A stretch of DNA of 61,104 bases from a virus. Lineage: Duplodnaviria > Caudoviricetes. Below the pieces are notes generated by a model, which searched no databases, was not told the DNA's origin, and saw only the letters and a program-made list of their open reading frames with translations. Position numbers and translations under genes: made by a program. Shown in pieces: positions 1-8,757 of the stretch (the stretch's first letter is position 1; each line of letters opens with the position of its first letter). The stretch spans positions 1 through 61,104 of IMG/VR virus record IMGVR_UViG_3300030118_005363, one strand, 5' to 3'.

Positions 1-139
1 GACTCTTTATGTTCTTCTTCATGCACCGATAACAAGTAACGGGCTGACGCAGAATCAACATTAGACCATATCATTTCGGATATTTCTTGGCGCAGTGCTT
101 CTGCAAAAGAGTTAATACAAATCTGAACACCAACACCGC
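1..139. repeat. Terminal direct repeat, left copy (circular overlap)
   Basis: Identical to 60966-61104 except G78 vs A61043. Confidence 0.97.
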
Positions 140-227
140 CGTATTCTTCAAGTTTTTGCGCAAGAAGTGTTGCAAGTGTGCTTTTACCAGTGCGCATTCT
201 GCCTGCGATACCAATAAGCAAGGTCAA
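1..227 (-). CDS. Deoxynucleoside monophosphate kinase, N-terminal part (continues across the junction into 60965-60572)
   Basis: TTG at 227, overlapping the upstream stop. Translates MTLLIGIAGRMRTGKSTLA...SFAEALRQEISEMIWSN, with a P-loop, in frame with ORF 60572..61039. Joined length 621 nt (206 aa). Confidence 0.85.
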   Translation of the reverse strand, partial: MTLLIGIAGRMRTGKSTLATLLAQKLEEYGGVGVQICINSFAEALRQEISEMIWSNVDSASARYLLSVHEEEHKE

Positions 228-433
228 AGCCAACCCTCCCTTTTTTCAACAGTGGCTACAACCTTGCGACCTTTCAGTTTCAACCCATTAGGAAAACACT
301 TAGGGCATGTTTTCAACGCCATAGCCTGCGCATCAGTCATGTTAGGTCTATGCTCAACAGGTTCGCCACAAGCGTATCTTGGGTTTGAAGTATCATAATT
401 GTTAGTTCCTTTGTGAAGGTATCTTTCCGCCAT
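224..433 (-). CDS. Small Cys-containing hypothetical protein
   Basis: ATG at 433; CG...CPKC motif; coupled to the downstream kinase by a TTGA overlap and GGAGGG RBS. Confidence 0.55.
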   Translation of the reverse strand: MAERYLHKGTNNYDTSNPRYACGEPVEHRPNMTDAQAMALKTCPKCFPNGLKLKGRKVVATVEKREGWL

Positions 434-458
434 GTTTGTAAGGAATATTACTGTCCTC

Positions 459-911
459 TTAAACCCCACGCCTCTCACAAACAAGACACACCTTCATTTC
501 CGGCATGTGCCTCATCTGCTTACACTTAGGACACCTTTGCGCATTTTCCTTCAATTCATTTGTCATACAGGAAAACGGCATTGTCAATTCAATATCTTCT
601 TCTCTTTGAATTAAATTCCTATCAACATCAAAAACCATATTGCGCACAGTAAGACCATTGCTTAACTCAATCTTCGTATGACCTATCTTGATTACTTGCG
701 CATTTTTACTAATCAAGGCCGCAAGGCTGGATTCGGAGGGAACATCACGGAACATACCTAACTCATGCAACGATTCTGCTACTTGTGAACGAGTCATACC
801 GCCTTCACTATGGAACAGGATGCGAACAATTGTTCTGCGCAGTCGTGAGTTATTCTTTGCCACTACACCGTATGCACAAACATAAGGTATTTTAATCATC
901 GCCCATTGCAA
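459..911 (-). CDS. Putative winged-HTH protein with C-terminal zinc ribbon
   Basis: GMTRSQVAESL helix pattern; CPKC...CLVC at the C-terminus. Confidence 0.55.
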   Translation of the reverse strand: MQWAMIKIPYVCAYGVVAKNNSRLRRTIVRILFHSEGGMTRSQVAESLHELGMFRDVPSESSLAALISKNAQVIKIGHTKIELSNGLTVRNMVFDVDRNLIQREEDIELTMPFSCMTNELKENAQRCPKCKQMRHMPEMKVCLVCERRGV

Positions 912-1089
912 GGAACATTGACGCAGAAAAAGAGGAATCGTCGGTTGTCAGTATTGGTTGAGGGTTTTGCATTGCTTCTTTAGCCAAAGCCATGTAGTAA
1001 AACGGCGCAAATAGCGCATAGCAAAAATACCCATAAACAGGAGTTAAGAAAAATAGTAAGACTACAAATACATCTTCCATTACAACCAC
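892..1089 (-). CDS. Small membrane protein
   Basis: Hydrophobic N-terminal segment; overlaps neighbouring genes of the operon. Confidence 0.5.
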   Translation of the reverse strand: MVVMEDVFVVLLFFLTPVYGYFCYALFAPFYYMALAKEAMQNPQPILTTDDSSFSASMFLAMGDD

Positions 1090-1742
1090 CCATCTTCATT
1101 CTGCTGTTTTTTCTTGACACCTTTCGGGAGAGAATCTTTGTTGGTTTTGCGCAGTTTATTAGCAACGACTTCATCTTGTCTAACTATTGTTTCCCAATGT
1201 AAGTCATTGTTGCGCACACCAAAAGGTCTTGGGGTTTCGTCACTCTTTTTCTTCTTTGGGTATGACATTCTGCGTATTGGTTTGTGCGCATACGCAATCA
1301 TAGCATGTTGATAATCTTCGGGAACATTAGTGAAAGCCTTAGCCAGTGTGCGCCAAAGCGATATGTCTTTGTTGTTCTCTTTGAGGAAGGAAAGCATCAA
1401 CGGGATAGGCACTTTGGAACACTCGCCAAACGCTTTATTTCTATCACGCCATCTTAGTGTTGCGTCTATGTTCCGAGCATAGTCTTGTTTTTTGAATATA
1501 CCGTCATAAATAACTGCGTCGTTTTTCTTGATGTTTGGGGGATTCTCGCAAACAAAGACCATTCTGTGCGCAATGTAAGGCAACCAAGCAAGACATTCTT
1601 TTGCTTTAGGATTTCTTTCATGAACAATGACTGTCAAATCCTTTACTTGAGGGTTGCAAGAAACATAACCGCCCTCGACAAAATTGCCTTCACGGTATTT
1701 TTGCGCATCATGCGTGAAAATGAGAACGCCCATCCCAAACAC
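1080..1742 (-). CDS. Hypothetical protein (possible degenerate clamp-loader large subunit)
   Basis: 220-aa ORF; PLMLSFLKEN segment and KKQQNEDGWL tail. Function is speculative. Confidence 0.6.
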   Translation of the reverse strand: MFGMGVLIFTHDAQKYREGNFVEGGYVSCNPQVKDLTVIVHERNPKAKECLAWLPYIAHRMVFVCENPPNIKKNDAVIYDGIFKKQDYARNIDATLRWRDRNKAFGECSKVPIPLMLSFLKENNKDISLWRTLAKAFTNVPEDYQHAMIAYAHKPIRRMSYPKKKKSDETPRPFGVRNNDLHWETIVRQDEVVANKLRKTNKDSLPKGVKKKQQNEDGWL

Positions 1743-1971
1743 CTGCTCGTCTATATTCTTTCACGCCGTTTTTTTTGCGCCCTTCAAGTGCGCCTTTGCT
1801 TTCAAGAATACGCAGGGCTTTTGCAACCGCATACACATTCATGTGCATGTGTGCTTGAGGCAACGCTCTAATTGCTCTTGGCAACAAGGCATCTGCGCTA
1901 AACCATTTATCGGTCTGTTCCCAATCTCCGATTGCTCGCTCAACCGCATGCTTTCTGTATGACTTGCTCAT
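1708..1971 (-). CDS. Putative winged-helix protein
   Basis: NVYAVAKALRILESKGALEGRKKNGVKEY resembles a recognition helix plus wing. Confidence 0.5.
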   Translation of the reverse strand: MSKSYRKHAVERAIGDWEQTDKWFSADALLPRAIRALPQAHMHMNVYAVAKALRILESKGALEGRKKNGVKEYRRAGVWDGRSHFHA

Positions 1972-2108
1972 AGTATTACCCCCAGTTCATCGTCGGCATA
2001 GCATTCTTGACATAGCCTTGCCTGTGTTGGATTTTCCATTGTTGCGGTAGTCAAGTAACTATCTTCAATGTCAATTTTAACCCCACACTTTTCACACGCA
2101 ACAATCAT
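1968..2108 (-). CDS. Small zinc-finger protein (not in ORF track)
   Basis: MIVACEKCG...LCQECYADDELGVIL; ATGA overlaps at both ends. Confidence 0.55.
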   Translation of the reverse strand: MIVACEKCGVKIDIEDSYLTTATMENPTQARLCQECYADDELGVIL

Positions 2109-2332
2109 TTTTTACCCTCCTTCGCAAGAGTTTCAAGAACCCTCTCAAACTCGGCTCTTATGGCCGCATCAGAATGACACCAAAAGGAAATAGGATTATC
2201 TCTAAAGATTTCCCATTTGCGCATGTGGTAATCGTCAAATGGTTTGTTCGGGAAGAACCATTCCATAAACTCGTTAGCGTTTGTCCGACTGCTTATGAAT
2301 CGCATTGCGCCAAAGAAACTTTCTGCATTCAT
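2105..2332 (-). CDS. Hypothetical protein
   Basis: ATGA-coupled chain of ORFs. Confidence 0.6.
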   Translation of the reverse strand: MNAESFFGAMRFISSRTNANEFMEWFFPNKPFDDYHMRKWEIFRDNPISFWCHSDAAIRAEFERVLETLAKEGKK

Positions 2333-2547
2333 TGTGTCTGCCCCCAGTCACCTGCAACGACCAACAACGCTTCTTCTTGCGCCGTTCTTATGCGCAGGTA
2401 GCCGACTATGTTAGGGTCATCTTCAACATGGATGATGTTTGATATTCTTGCATGTCTTGTCACATGCTCAACATGGTTTGGAGTCCAGTCATCGTCACAA
2501 ACTACAACGCTTGTGAAATCTGTTACGCATTCAAGTCCTTTAGTCAT
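2329..2547 (-). CDS. Hypothetical protein
   Basis: ATGA-coupled chain of ORFs. Confidence 0.55.
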   Translation of the reverse strand: MTKGLECVTDFTSVVVCDDDWTPNHVEHVTRHARISNIIHVEDDPNIVGYLRIRTAQEEALLVVAGDWGQTQ

Positions 2548-2741
2548 TCAATAACCTCCAACATTTTGACTGATTGTAGCGTGTAATTGCCTGCTTTCAA
2601 ATATCCTTGCACCCATGCAAACACATATTTGATTTCGCCGGTAACAATTTCATCATGCGACCAATTACCGTTTTCATCTGCAAATTTCATTTCAAACTTC
2701 GTCATCATCTGATTCTTCCTCACACATTTTGATAAACGCAT
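2544..2741 (-). CDS. Hypothetical protein (true start probably ~2708)
   Basis: Coupled ORF with RBS-like GAGGA upstream of MMTKF. Confidence 0.5.
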   Translation of the reverse strand: MRLSKCVRKNQMMTKFEMKFADENGNWSHDEIVTGEIKYVFAWVQGYLKAGNYTLQSVKMLEVIE

Positions 2742-2988
2742 CGTTCATATAAACCCACCGGCTAAAACGCTTGAATTGATGCTCGCTTAGATTCCACATT
2801 TCCCTAACCACTGTTGCACTGACACGGTATCTGCCACTGAACCAACGCAGACCATCCGTTGTTAGCATTCCAACCAAGCCATCGTCAAACATTCTTTGCG
2901 CTATTTGAGGAAACTCCGATTCGGGAATTGGTCTTGCTATCAATTGGTTAAAGTGCGCACGCCACTTTACAGGCTCGCCTTCATTCAT
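2692..2988 (-). CDS. Hypothetical protein
   Basis: 98-aa ORF in the minus-strand operon. Confidence 0.6.
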   Translation of the reverse strand: MNEGEPVKWRAHFNQLIARPIPESEFPQIAQRMFDDGLVGMLTTDGLRWFSGRYRVSATVVREMWNLSEHQFKRFSRWVYMNDAFIKMCEEESDDDEV

Positions 2989-3156
2989 CTGTAATCACCC
3001 TCATGTAACCACAATATACACGCTTGCCATCACGATAAATTCTATGTGAGTTGTATAAGACATTTGCAGTGTAGCCGCAAGTGTTGCATCTGCGCATTTG
3101 TCTTGATTTCATAGCGTAGCCGTAACCGCCCCTGTCTTTACCGTATGAAACACCCA

Positions 3157-3792
3157 TCAGTCAATTACCTCCCATTCAGTATCTTGAACATGAGTAGGGG
3201 ATTTCATTGCGCCGATGCGCATTTCGATTTGATTCAGCAATTTAGGTTCATTGCGCAAAGTATCAACGAGAATACCCATTACTCCATTTACTTGCTGATG
3301 CGCAAGTAGCATTTGGGAATCAACCCCTATTTCTTTCTTCAATGTGCCTATGAGTTTTATGTTAGTATTAGCCTGCGCAACAAGACGGGTAGCAGTGGAT
3401 AACCATTCAGCATCTATCCCATCCCTTGACTTCTGCGCTTCCCATTCATCGAGCCAGTTTGTTATTCTTGAAAACACATCTTCCGCCATATCAAGAGTAG
3501 TAATCGCTTCACTGCGAGCCTTTTCAACAGTTTCGGCTTCTTCGGGGTCATAGTCCATGTGCGCAGTCATGTGTTCTTCAACAATGCCTGCTTCCCAGTT
3601 ATTCTTTGCTTCAAGATAAGCGGTAGTGATTGCGCCATTAAAAATTTGTATCTCCCAATCCCGCCTATCCTTATGTGCGCATAGAGGGCATTCGGGTGAT
3701 TCAAGAACCCACTTCAAAGCCTCTATAATCATCGGGTCATCTTCATGCGCAAGTCTTTGTTCAATCAACCATTTACTTTTCATCTGTTTCAC
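3157..3792 (-). CDS. Zn/HTH plus coiled-coil protein (terminase small subunit candidate)
   Basis: CPLCAH...EEHMTAH motif followed by long amphipathic helices. Confidence 0.55.
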   Translation of the reverse strand: MKQMKSKWLIEQRLAHEDDPMIIEALKWVLESPECPLCAHKDRRDWEIQIFNGAITTAYLEAKNNWEAGIVEEHMTAHMDYDPEEAETVEKARSEAITTLDMAEDVFSRITNWLDEWEAQKSRDGIDAEWLSTATRLVAQANTNIKLIGTLKKEIGVDSQMLLAHQQVNGVMGILVDTLRNEPKLLNQIEMRIGAMKSPTHVQDTEWEVID

Positions 3793-4072
3793 CTTTGTAA
3801 TTGTAATCGTAAAAGAAAAAGTGCGTCTTATATTTGTTATTGCGCAAATCTTGTGTATCTGCCATGTAAGATTTGAACCTCTTGTCCTTTTTCATTTTTT
3901 GCGCCGCACTGTTTGCGCTCGGTGGGCTGTGCCTGTTGTCGGGAAGGTTCTCAATCAGCCAGTTAGCAGTGCGTGCTTCTCCGGTATCACGCAGTAAATC
4001 AGCCGCTTTATCAAGCCACTTCGCATATCTCTTTCTGCGCATATTAGGTGGGTTAGGTTTATTGTGCCTCAA
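3773..4072 (-). CDS. Basic hypothetical protein (start uncertain)
   Basis: C-terminal part of ORF 3773..4222 that does not overlap 4069..4389. Confidence 0.45.
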   Translation of the reverse strand: MRHNKPNPPNMRRKRYAKWLDKAADLLRDTGEARTANWLIENLPDNRHSPPSANSAAQKMKKDKRFKSYMADTQDLRNNKYKTHFFFYDYNYKGETDEK

Positions 4073-4350
4073 ATTTCCACTTCCCTGTTCGCTAAATCCC
4101 AAACCCCGTCGCCTAAATGTTTGAATCTTTTTTCTGTGTCGTTTATCAGCGCAAAATACATTGCGGTGTGCATAGGTATTCCGCAACGCAGTTTTGTTCC
4201 TTTCTTTGTGGTTGCGCCACAAATCAAATCCTTCTTATGTAGTGCGCCTCTTTCTTTGAGCAAACGCTCGCAAGAATCGAGAAACGCTTTGTATTTTGTA
4301 ACATTGCCCGTTCTGCTACTTCTATAATGAACAACCTTATTCTTTTTCAT
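4069..4350 (-). CDS. Putative HARE-HTH-like winged-helix protein
   Basis: LLKERGALHKKDL...RFKHLGDGVWDL pattern. Confidence 0.5.
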   Translation of the reverse strand: MKKNKVVHYRSSRTGNVTKYKAFLDSCERLLKERGALHKKDLICGATTKKGTKLRCGIPMHTAMYFALINDTEKRFKHLGDGVWDLANREVEI

Positions 4351-5641
4351 GCGCCATAACCTCGTCAAACCCAAATCGGCACATAACACCTTTGCGCCCT
4401 CGCCCTGTTTTCTTAGGGGTATATTCTTTGAACCACGCCTGCCCCAACAAGTATTCCTCTATCCATCGCTTTGCGCTTTGGTAATCGTTGTTGGTAATCA
4501 AGCGAGCAATGTCTTTGAGCAGAACAGAACGGGGAACATCTTTGTTCCAAAATGTAGTCCGAATCAAGCGTATATCTTCATCGAGAACGGTTCTGCGCAT
4601 CTTCAAAGAAGATTCAAGAATTTCACGCAGTCTGTCGTCTAACTCGACCATAAGTAATTCTTTGTCCTCCCACTCTCCTTTCATCATTGTGTAACCGATT
4701 GCCAGTCTGCGAAATAAATCCGATTCAAAACTGCGCACTGTTTCTTGTAAGACCCACTTCTCAAAATCTTCACCAAACACAACCCCTTGTGGTTTTTTAT
4801 CCATGACCTTTTTCTGTCTTTCAATGAACCATTTGCGCAATTCTATCGAGTCTTGGATTAACTGCCTTCTTTTTGCAGGCTCAATACTTGCCTGCTTGTT
4901 CTGCGCATGCTTGTATAACATCTCCTTTTCGGGAGTCATTTCTATGTCTATGATAAAGAACCTACGGTCAAGACCGGACTCTAATTCAAACCGAGCAGGT
5001 TGTGTTCCCGCCCACATTGTCATGCGTGTGTTGTATTTCACCCAACCACTGCGCATTGATTTGTTCACCCTTCCGCTATCAAGCGATGTAAGCAATTGGT
5101 TCTTCATATCAACGCTATGGTCTTTGCGTGAAGCATCGGACATACTGCTAAATTCTTCAAAGCAAACAAATCCACCGCACATATACCGAGCAACGGGATT
5201 ACCCATGATTTCACCTTCTTCATTCACCGACCCAAACATACCTGCCTCCGTGATACTGTTTGCGCCGAACATGGTTCTGAAACCTGTTCCTTTCAAGGCA
5301 TCGTTGTTCCAAAGTAACCCAGTGTTTTCTGCGCAGAATAAATCAAGCAATACATTCTTCCCCGAACCTTTCTGTCCTCTCACTAAAATATTAATGCGTG
5401 TATCTGCAAGACGGGTAGCGGGTGTGTAAATAGGATAATCTGTGTGGCGCAAAGGACAAGGCTCAATCGTAAAAGCACCCTCCGAAGCAGTCAATGGGTC
5501 GAAATCGCACATACTGCATTTATTTACGGCATTGAATAGGTGTGCGCCTATACTGCACAAAAAGATAGGAACTTTGTCTTGCACATCAACCAAATAATTG
5601 TCATCGCAAAACTTCTGAACCCTATCAAATATATCCTTCAC
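4337..5641 (-). CDS. mcm: MCM-like replicative helicase (AAA+)
   Basis: INILVRGQKGSGK (Walker A), SITEAGMFGSV, GGFVCFEEF (Walker B), arginine finger LDRRF. Confidence 0.8.
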   Translation of the reverse strand: MKDIFDRVQKFCDDNYLVDVQDKVPIFLCSIGAHLFNAVNKCSMCDFDPLTASEGAFTIEPCPLRHTDYPIYTPATRLADTRINILVRGQKGSGKNVLLDLFCAENTGLLWNNDALKGTGFRTMFGANSITEAGMFGSVNEEGEIMGNPVARYMCGGFVCFEEFSSMSDASRKDHSVDMKNQLLTSLDSGRVNKSMRSGWVKYNTRMTMWAGTQPARFELESGLDRRFFIIDIEMTPEKEMLYKHAQNKQASIEPAKRRQLIQDSIELRKWFIERQKKVMDKKPQGVVFGEDFEKWVLQETVRSFESDLFRRLAIGYTMMKGEWEDKELLMVELDDRLREILESSLKMRRTVLDEDIRLIRTTFWNKDVPRSVLLKDIARLITNNDYQSAKRWIEEYLLGQAWFKEYTPKKTGRGRKGVMCRFGFDEVMAHEKE

Positions 5642-5820
5642 TATTCTTCCTCTCCCATCACCGACTCGTATGCTTCTACTATGTTTTCAGCCTTCCATAA
5701 ATCATCTGCATTGACGCAACCATTCTTGATAAGTTCAAGTAATACCAATTCGGCATTACGCTCGCCAATACCTTCTTTGATTTTTTGTAAGTATTCCCAC
5801 GCTTTTATCTTTAGATTCAT
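5641..5820 (-). CDS. Small hypothetical protein (not in ORF track)
   Basis: MNLKIKAWEYLQKIKEG...VMGEEE, 59 aa, overlapping both neighbours. Confidence 0.6.
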   Translation of the reverse strand: MNLKIKAWEYLQKIKEGIGERNAELVLLELIKNGCVNADDLWKAENIVEAYESVMGEEE

Positions 5821-6626
5821 TGGAACATCGCCCCCGTATCAACAATCTGATTATCTTGTGTCGCACCGACCAATTCTTTCACCCGTTCTAATGCCTCCGT
5901 AGTAAATTCTGAATATAACTTTTGCGCCCTGTTAGCCGCCCCTCTCGGTATTTTGTAGCCGTCTTTGCGTAGCAAGTCGGTCATTTCCTTGAATAGTGCA
6001 GGTTCAACCGAAATCTTATCTGATAAGTAAGAGTCTGTTTTTTCGGGAGGCATTATGTAAATAGCCGCATCAACGCCTATCAAGTGCGCAATCTGTGGAC
6101 TCAACCAAGACCATAAGGCTTGTAGTGTTTCAACACAATCCTCTTTGCCTAAATCATCACCACGCACTACCACACATTCACTTGGCAAAGGCATTGGTTC
6201 AACAAAGAGTCTGTTAAGCGCAAATGTAGTAAGCACGCCTATGCGCTCAAGACTTTTGAATCGCATAACAATATCTCTCGCCGGAGGATAATTAAACAAC
6301 CATTCATTTCTTTGCGCATTCCCGCTATTGCTTATCACTGGCGGCGAGTTAATCATAGCGATTAGGGTTTCTTTGTATTGGAACAAAGGCCACATCGGAT
6401 TCTGTTCTGCTAACAACCTGTGAGGCTTCGTCAAAACATGCTTTGAAGTTATGTAGCCCACCTTTGATAATTCCTTTTCTGCCTGCGCTAACTCCACGCC
6501 TAACAATGTTGGGATATTGCTTGAATCATTTGTGTTGATGATTAGTAAGTGAGTTGCTGACTCCACCGTATTATGTGTGTAGAAGTCTGTTTCACCGATA
6601 GTTTTGAAGTTGTATTTTCCTTCCAT
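5817..6626 (-). CDS. Hypothetical protein, possibly PAC2/Pba proteasome-chaperone-like
   Basis: Alternating alpha/beta pattern (VGYITS, IGVLTTFA, IGVDAAIYI) and C-terminal MFQ; TATA box 25 nt upstream. Confidence 0.5.
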   Translation of the reverse strand: MEGKYNFKTIGETDFYTHNTVESATHLLIINTNDSSNIPTLLGVELAQAEKELSKVGYITSKHVLTKPHRLLAEQNPMWPLFQYKETLIAMINSPPVISNSGNAQRNEWLFNYPPARDIVMRFKSLERIGVLTTFALNRLFVEPMPLPSECVVVRGDDLGKEDCVETLQALWSWLSPQIAHLIGVDAAIYIMPPEKTDSYLSDKISVEPALFKEMTDLLRKDGYKIPRGAANRAQKLYSEFTTEALERVKELVGATQDNQIVDTGAMFQ

Positions 6627-6648
6627 GATGAACCCTAAAGGGTTTGTT

Positions 6649-6660
6649 GGTATAAACCCT
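6649..6660 (-). promoter_or_regulatory. Archaeal TATA promoter (AGGGTTTATACC)
   Basis: TTTATA about 25 nt upstream of ATG 6626, consistent with a leaderless transcript. Confidence 0.7.
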
Positions 6661-6729
6661 CTTATTTATTTCAAGCCTTTTGAAAGAATTAAGAAAGAAT
6701 TAATCAAGCGACTGTTAGCAAATCGGCTT

Positions 6730-6865
6730 TATTTTTTCAATTCTTCTAAGGTGTGTAAGAATTATTCTAAAGGGGCGTTTAATTCTAAATGTCTAAGAAC
6801 AAATAAATTAATTGCGCAGGTAGCCTTGCAGTGCGCCGATTATTTTTTTCTTAATTCTTTATTGG
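6730..6865 (-). repeat. AT-rich element, inverted homologue of 22950-23095
   Basis: Shares TTTATTTGTTCTTAGAYATTTAGAAT, AGAATAATTYTTACAYACCT and AATTAAGAAAAAA blocks in the same order. Confidence 0.8.
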
Positions 6866-7690
6866 AGGAAGAAAGAATAATCTTGATGTTCTGTTATGTT
6901 CAATTTCATCAACCTCTCGGAATAACATACCTGTCCTATCATTGCGCCATAATATACTTGCGCCAATCGGGTCATATCCTTTATCGCATAACTCATAGTG
7001 TGTTTGCGCAATACTACTAATAATTTCAGCAGGTTCGGTGCGCTTTACCGTAGCGTGAGGGCGATAGTCACCACCTTCCCCCGAACCTAAAACAATGCTT
7101 GAAATCAATACATCAGTTTCCATATCAAACGCTTTGCTTTCGCTCAAAGACTGCGCAATCACTAATCGGGGATAATCACCAACAACCAGTGAAGGTAGCC
7201 ACTTTATACCTACTCCGTAAATGCGCATGGGGAGATACAAGCAAATTGATTCGCCCCATGACTTCGGCGCAGTCAAGATTGTTTTTGGTTTGGTTTGCGC
7301 TTTAACAGATACCTGCGTGTAGCCATCAAACATATCGGTAGTGTTCGGTTCGGGCATATATGCGTGTGCGCACCTAAACGCAAGAATATGAATTTTTGAT
7401 TCATGGATGAAATCTTGTAGGTCTTGCGCAAAAGTCTGTTCATACACAAACTCGCCCTTCATACCTTGATTGACAATTCTCTTTGGCATGTTAGGTTGCA
7501 CTGCGTCAATTAAATCCCAAACTGCGCTTTTACCATCAACCGCAATCCGGTATTCACCCATGCGCAAGATAGCAAAGGGCTGAAACAAACGACGCTTACC
7601 TGCCCTTCTCCAACCAATAAATCGCTCGACAATAACATCTTGGGGGCGTGCTAAAATCCACTCGGCACAGTATCTAAACGGTTGCATCAA
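6851..7690 (-). CDS. Hypothetical protein
   Basis: 279-aa ORF with GGTTCATAAG promoter-like element at about 7711-7720. Confidence 0.65.
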   Translation of the reverse strand: MMQPFRYCAEWILARPQDVIVERFIGWRRAGKRRLFQPFAILRMGEYRIAVDGKSAVWDLIDAVQPNMPKRIVNQGMKGEFVYEQTFAQDLQDFIHESKIHILAFRCAHAYMPEPNTTDMFDGYTQVSVKAQTKPKTILTAPKSWGESICLYLPMRIYGVGIKWLPSLVVGDYPRLVIAQSLSESKAFDMETDVLISSIVLGSGEGGDYRPHATVKRTEPAEIISSIAQTHYELCDKGYDPIGASILWRNDRTGMLFREVDEIEHNRTSRLFFLPPIKN

Positions 7691-7753
7691 TTTAGAACAA
7701 GTGGCTTGTCCTTATGAACCTGCGTTATTCACATGAAGAATTAACGCATCAAA

Positions 7754-8284
7754 TCAAACTGGATATTCAATTCCATAAATCCAATCTTCTTTCCACCAAT
7801 GCGGGGCAGTCCGACCCTTGCGCCATTGCGCAAAGCGTGCTTTTTCTCCTTTGTAATACGCCCGATATGCGCTTACTGCGTCACCTTCAACCTTGTATTC
7901 GTCGGGCATACACTGCGCAAACTCGGTCAATTCCCCTTCGGGGATTCTGTCAGCCATCATGTAAAGATGCTCAATACCTTCTGCGCAAGCGTGAGTTTTT
8001 CCGAATCGCTTTTCGTATTCTTCGCAAAGCATTGCGGCGTGAAAGCAAGTCCAATAATAATTTTCTCTTGTTGCGCCGACCCAACGGGTTGCGGGGTGAT
8101 TGTGATAACCGCCCAAAAGCGGCGTTCCTTTCGATGTGAGGGGCATGTCTGCGTCTTGTGCGCCATGCCTGCGTTGAGAAGAACCAAGCATCTGAAAACA
8201 CTCCACAATTAATTTTGGAACATGCTTGTCGCAATATGACATGGCCGCATAAATTGGTGATTCGTCAAGGATAAATAGATTCAT
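7754..8284 (-). CDS. Pyrimidine-dimer DNA glycosylase / endonuclease V-like protein
   Basis: MNLFILD...YCDKHVPKLIVECFQML, HNHPATRWV, EYEKRFGKTHAC, AQCMPDEYK, AYRAYY motifs. Confidence 0.8.
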   Translation of the reverse strand: MNLFILDESPIYAAMSYCDKHVPKLIVECFQMLGSSQRRHGAQDADMPLTSKGTPLLGGYHNHPATRWVGATRENYYWTCFHAAMLCEEYEKRFGKTHACAEGIEHLYMMADRIPEGELTEFAQCMPDEYKVEGDAVSAYRAYYKGEKARFAQWRKGRTAPHWWKEDWIYGIEYPV

Positions 8285-8457
8285 TCTAAAAACACTCCAT
8301 TCCATACTGCGCTGTAAAAATCGCATTCTTCATTGACACACTGATATATCCCGCCTTCCCTCTTGCGCACACACTTGGAACAATGAGGGCATCGCTTGCG
8401 TGGTTTGCGTGGCATACCCCGAACCAGTTTTGGTTCTCCTTCCCATACTTGGCGCAT

Positions 8458-8757
8458 TCAAATGTCCTCAATCATTTTCATTGCTTCTGTTGCTTCTGCT
8501 TGAAGTTTCTCAACCTCTTGCACAATCTCCCACATTTTTGCCTGCACTTCGGGGTCATCTGTGATGCGTGCCACTTCTGCGCATGTTCCGCATACACTGT
8601 GTAATGTGTTACTCAATGCCTTCAAAGCCCAGTCATGCGCTTTAGATAACTGCTCATACTTGACTATCGTTTCCTGTTGCGCATTCAATAAATTGGTTGC
8701 GCTCTTTATTGCGTTCTGCATTTTGTCTATTTCTTCACCTGTAATCATTTTGTTCAT
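8458..8757 (-). CDS. Coiled-coil hypothetical protein
   Basis: Heptad-rich; ATGA overlap with the upstream gene. Confidence 0.6.
   Translation of the reverse strand: MNKMITGEEIDKMQNAIKSATNLLNAQQETIVKYEQLSKAHDWALKALSNTLHSVCGTCAEVARITDDPEVQAKMWEIVQEVEKLQAEATEAMKMIEDI

Noticed and set aside
1-139. Biological terminal repeat of the virion DNA
   Set aside because: It falls in the middle of a gene, so it is more likely an assembly overlap of a circular or permuted genome.
4349-5429. Plus-strand ORFs opposite MCM (and similar antisense ORFs throughout)
   Set aside because: Shadow frames of well-supported genes on the other strand.
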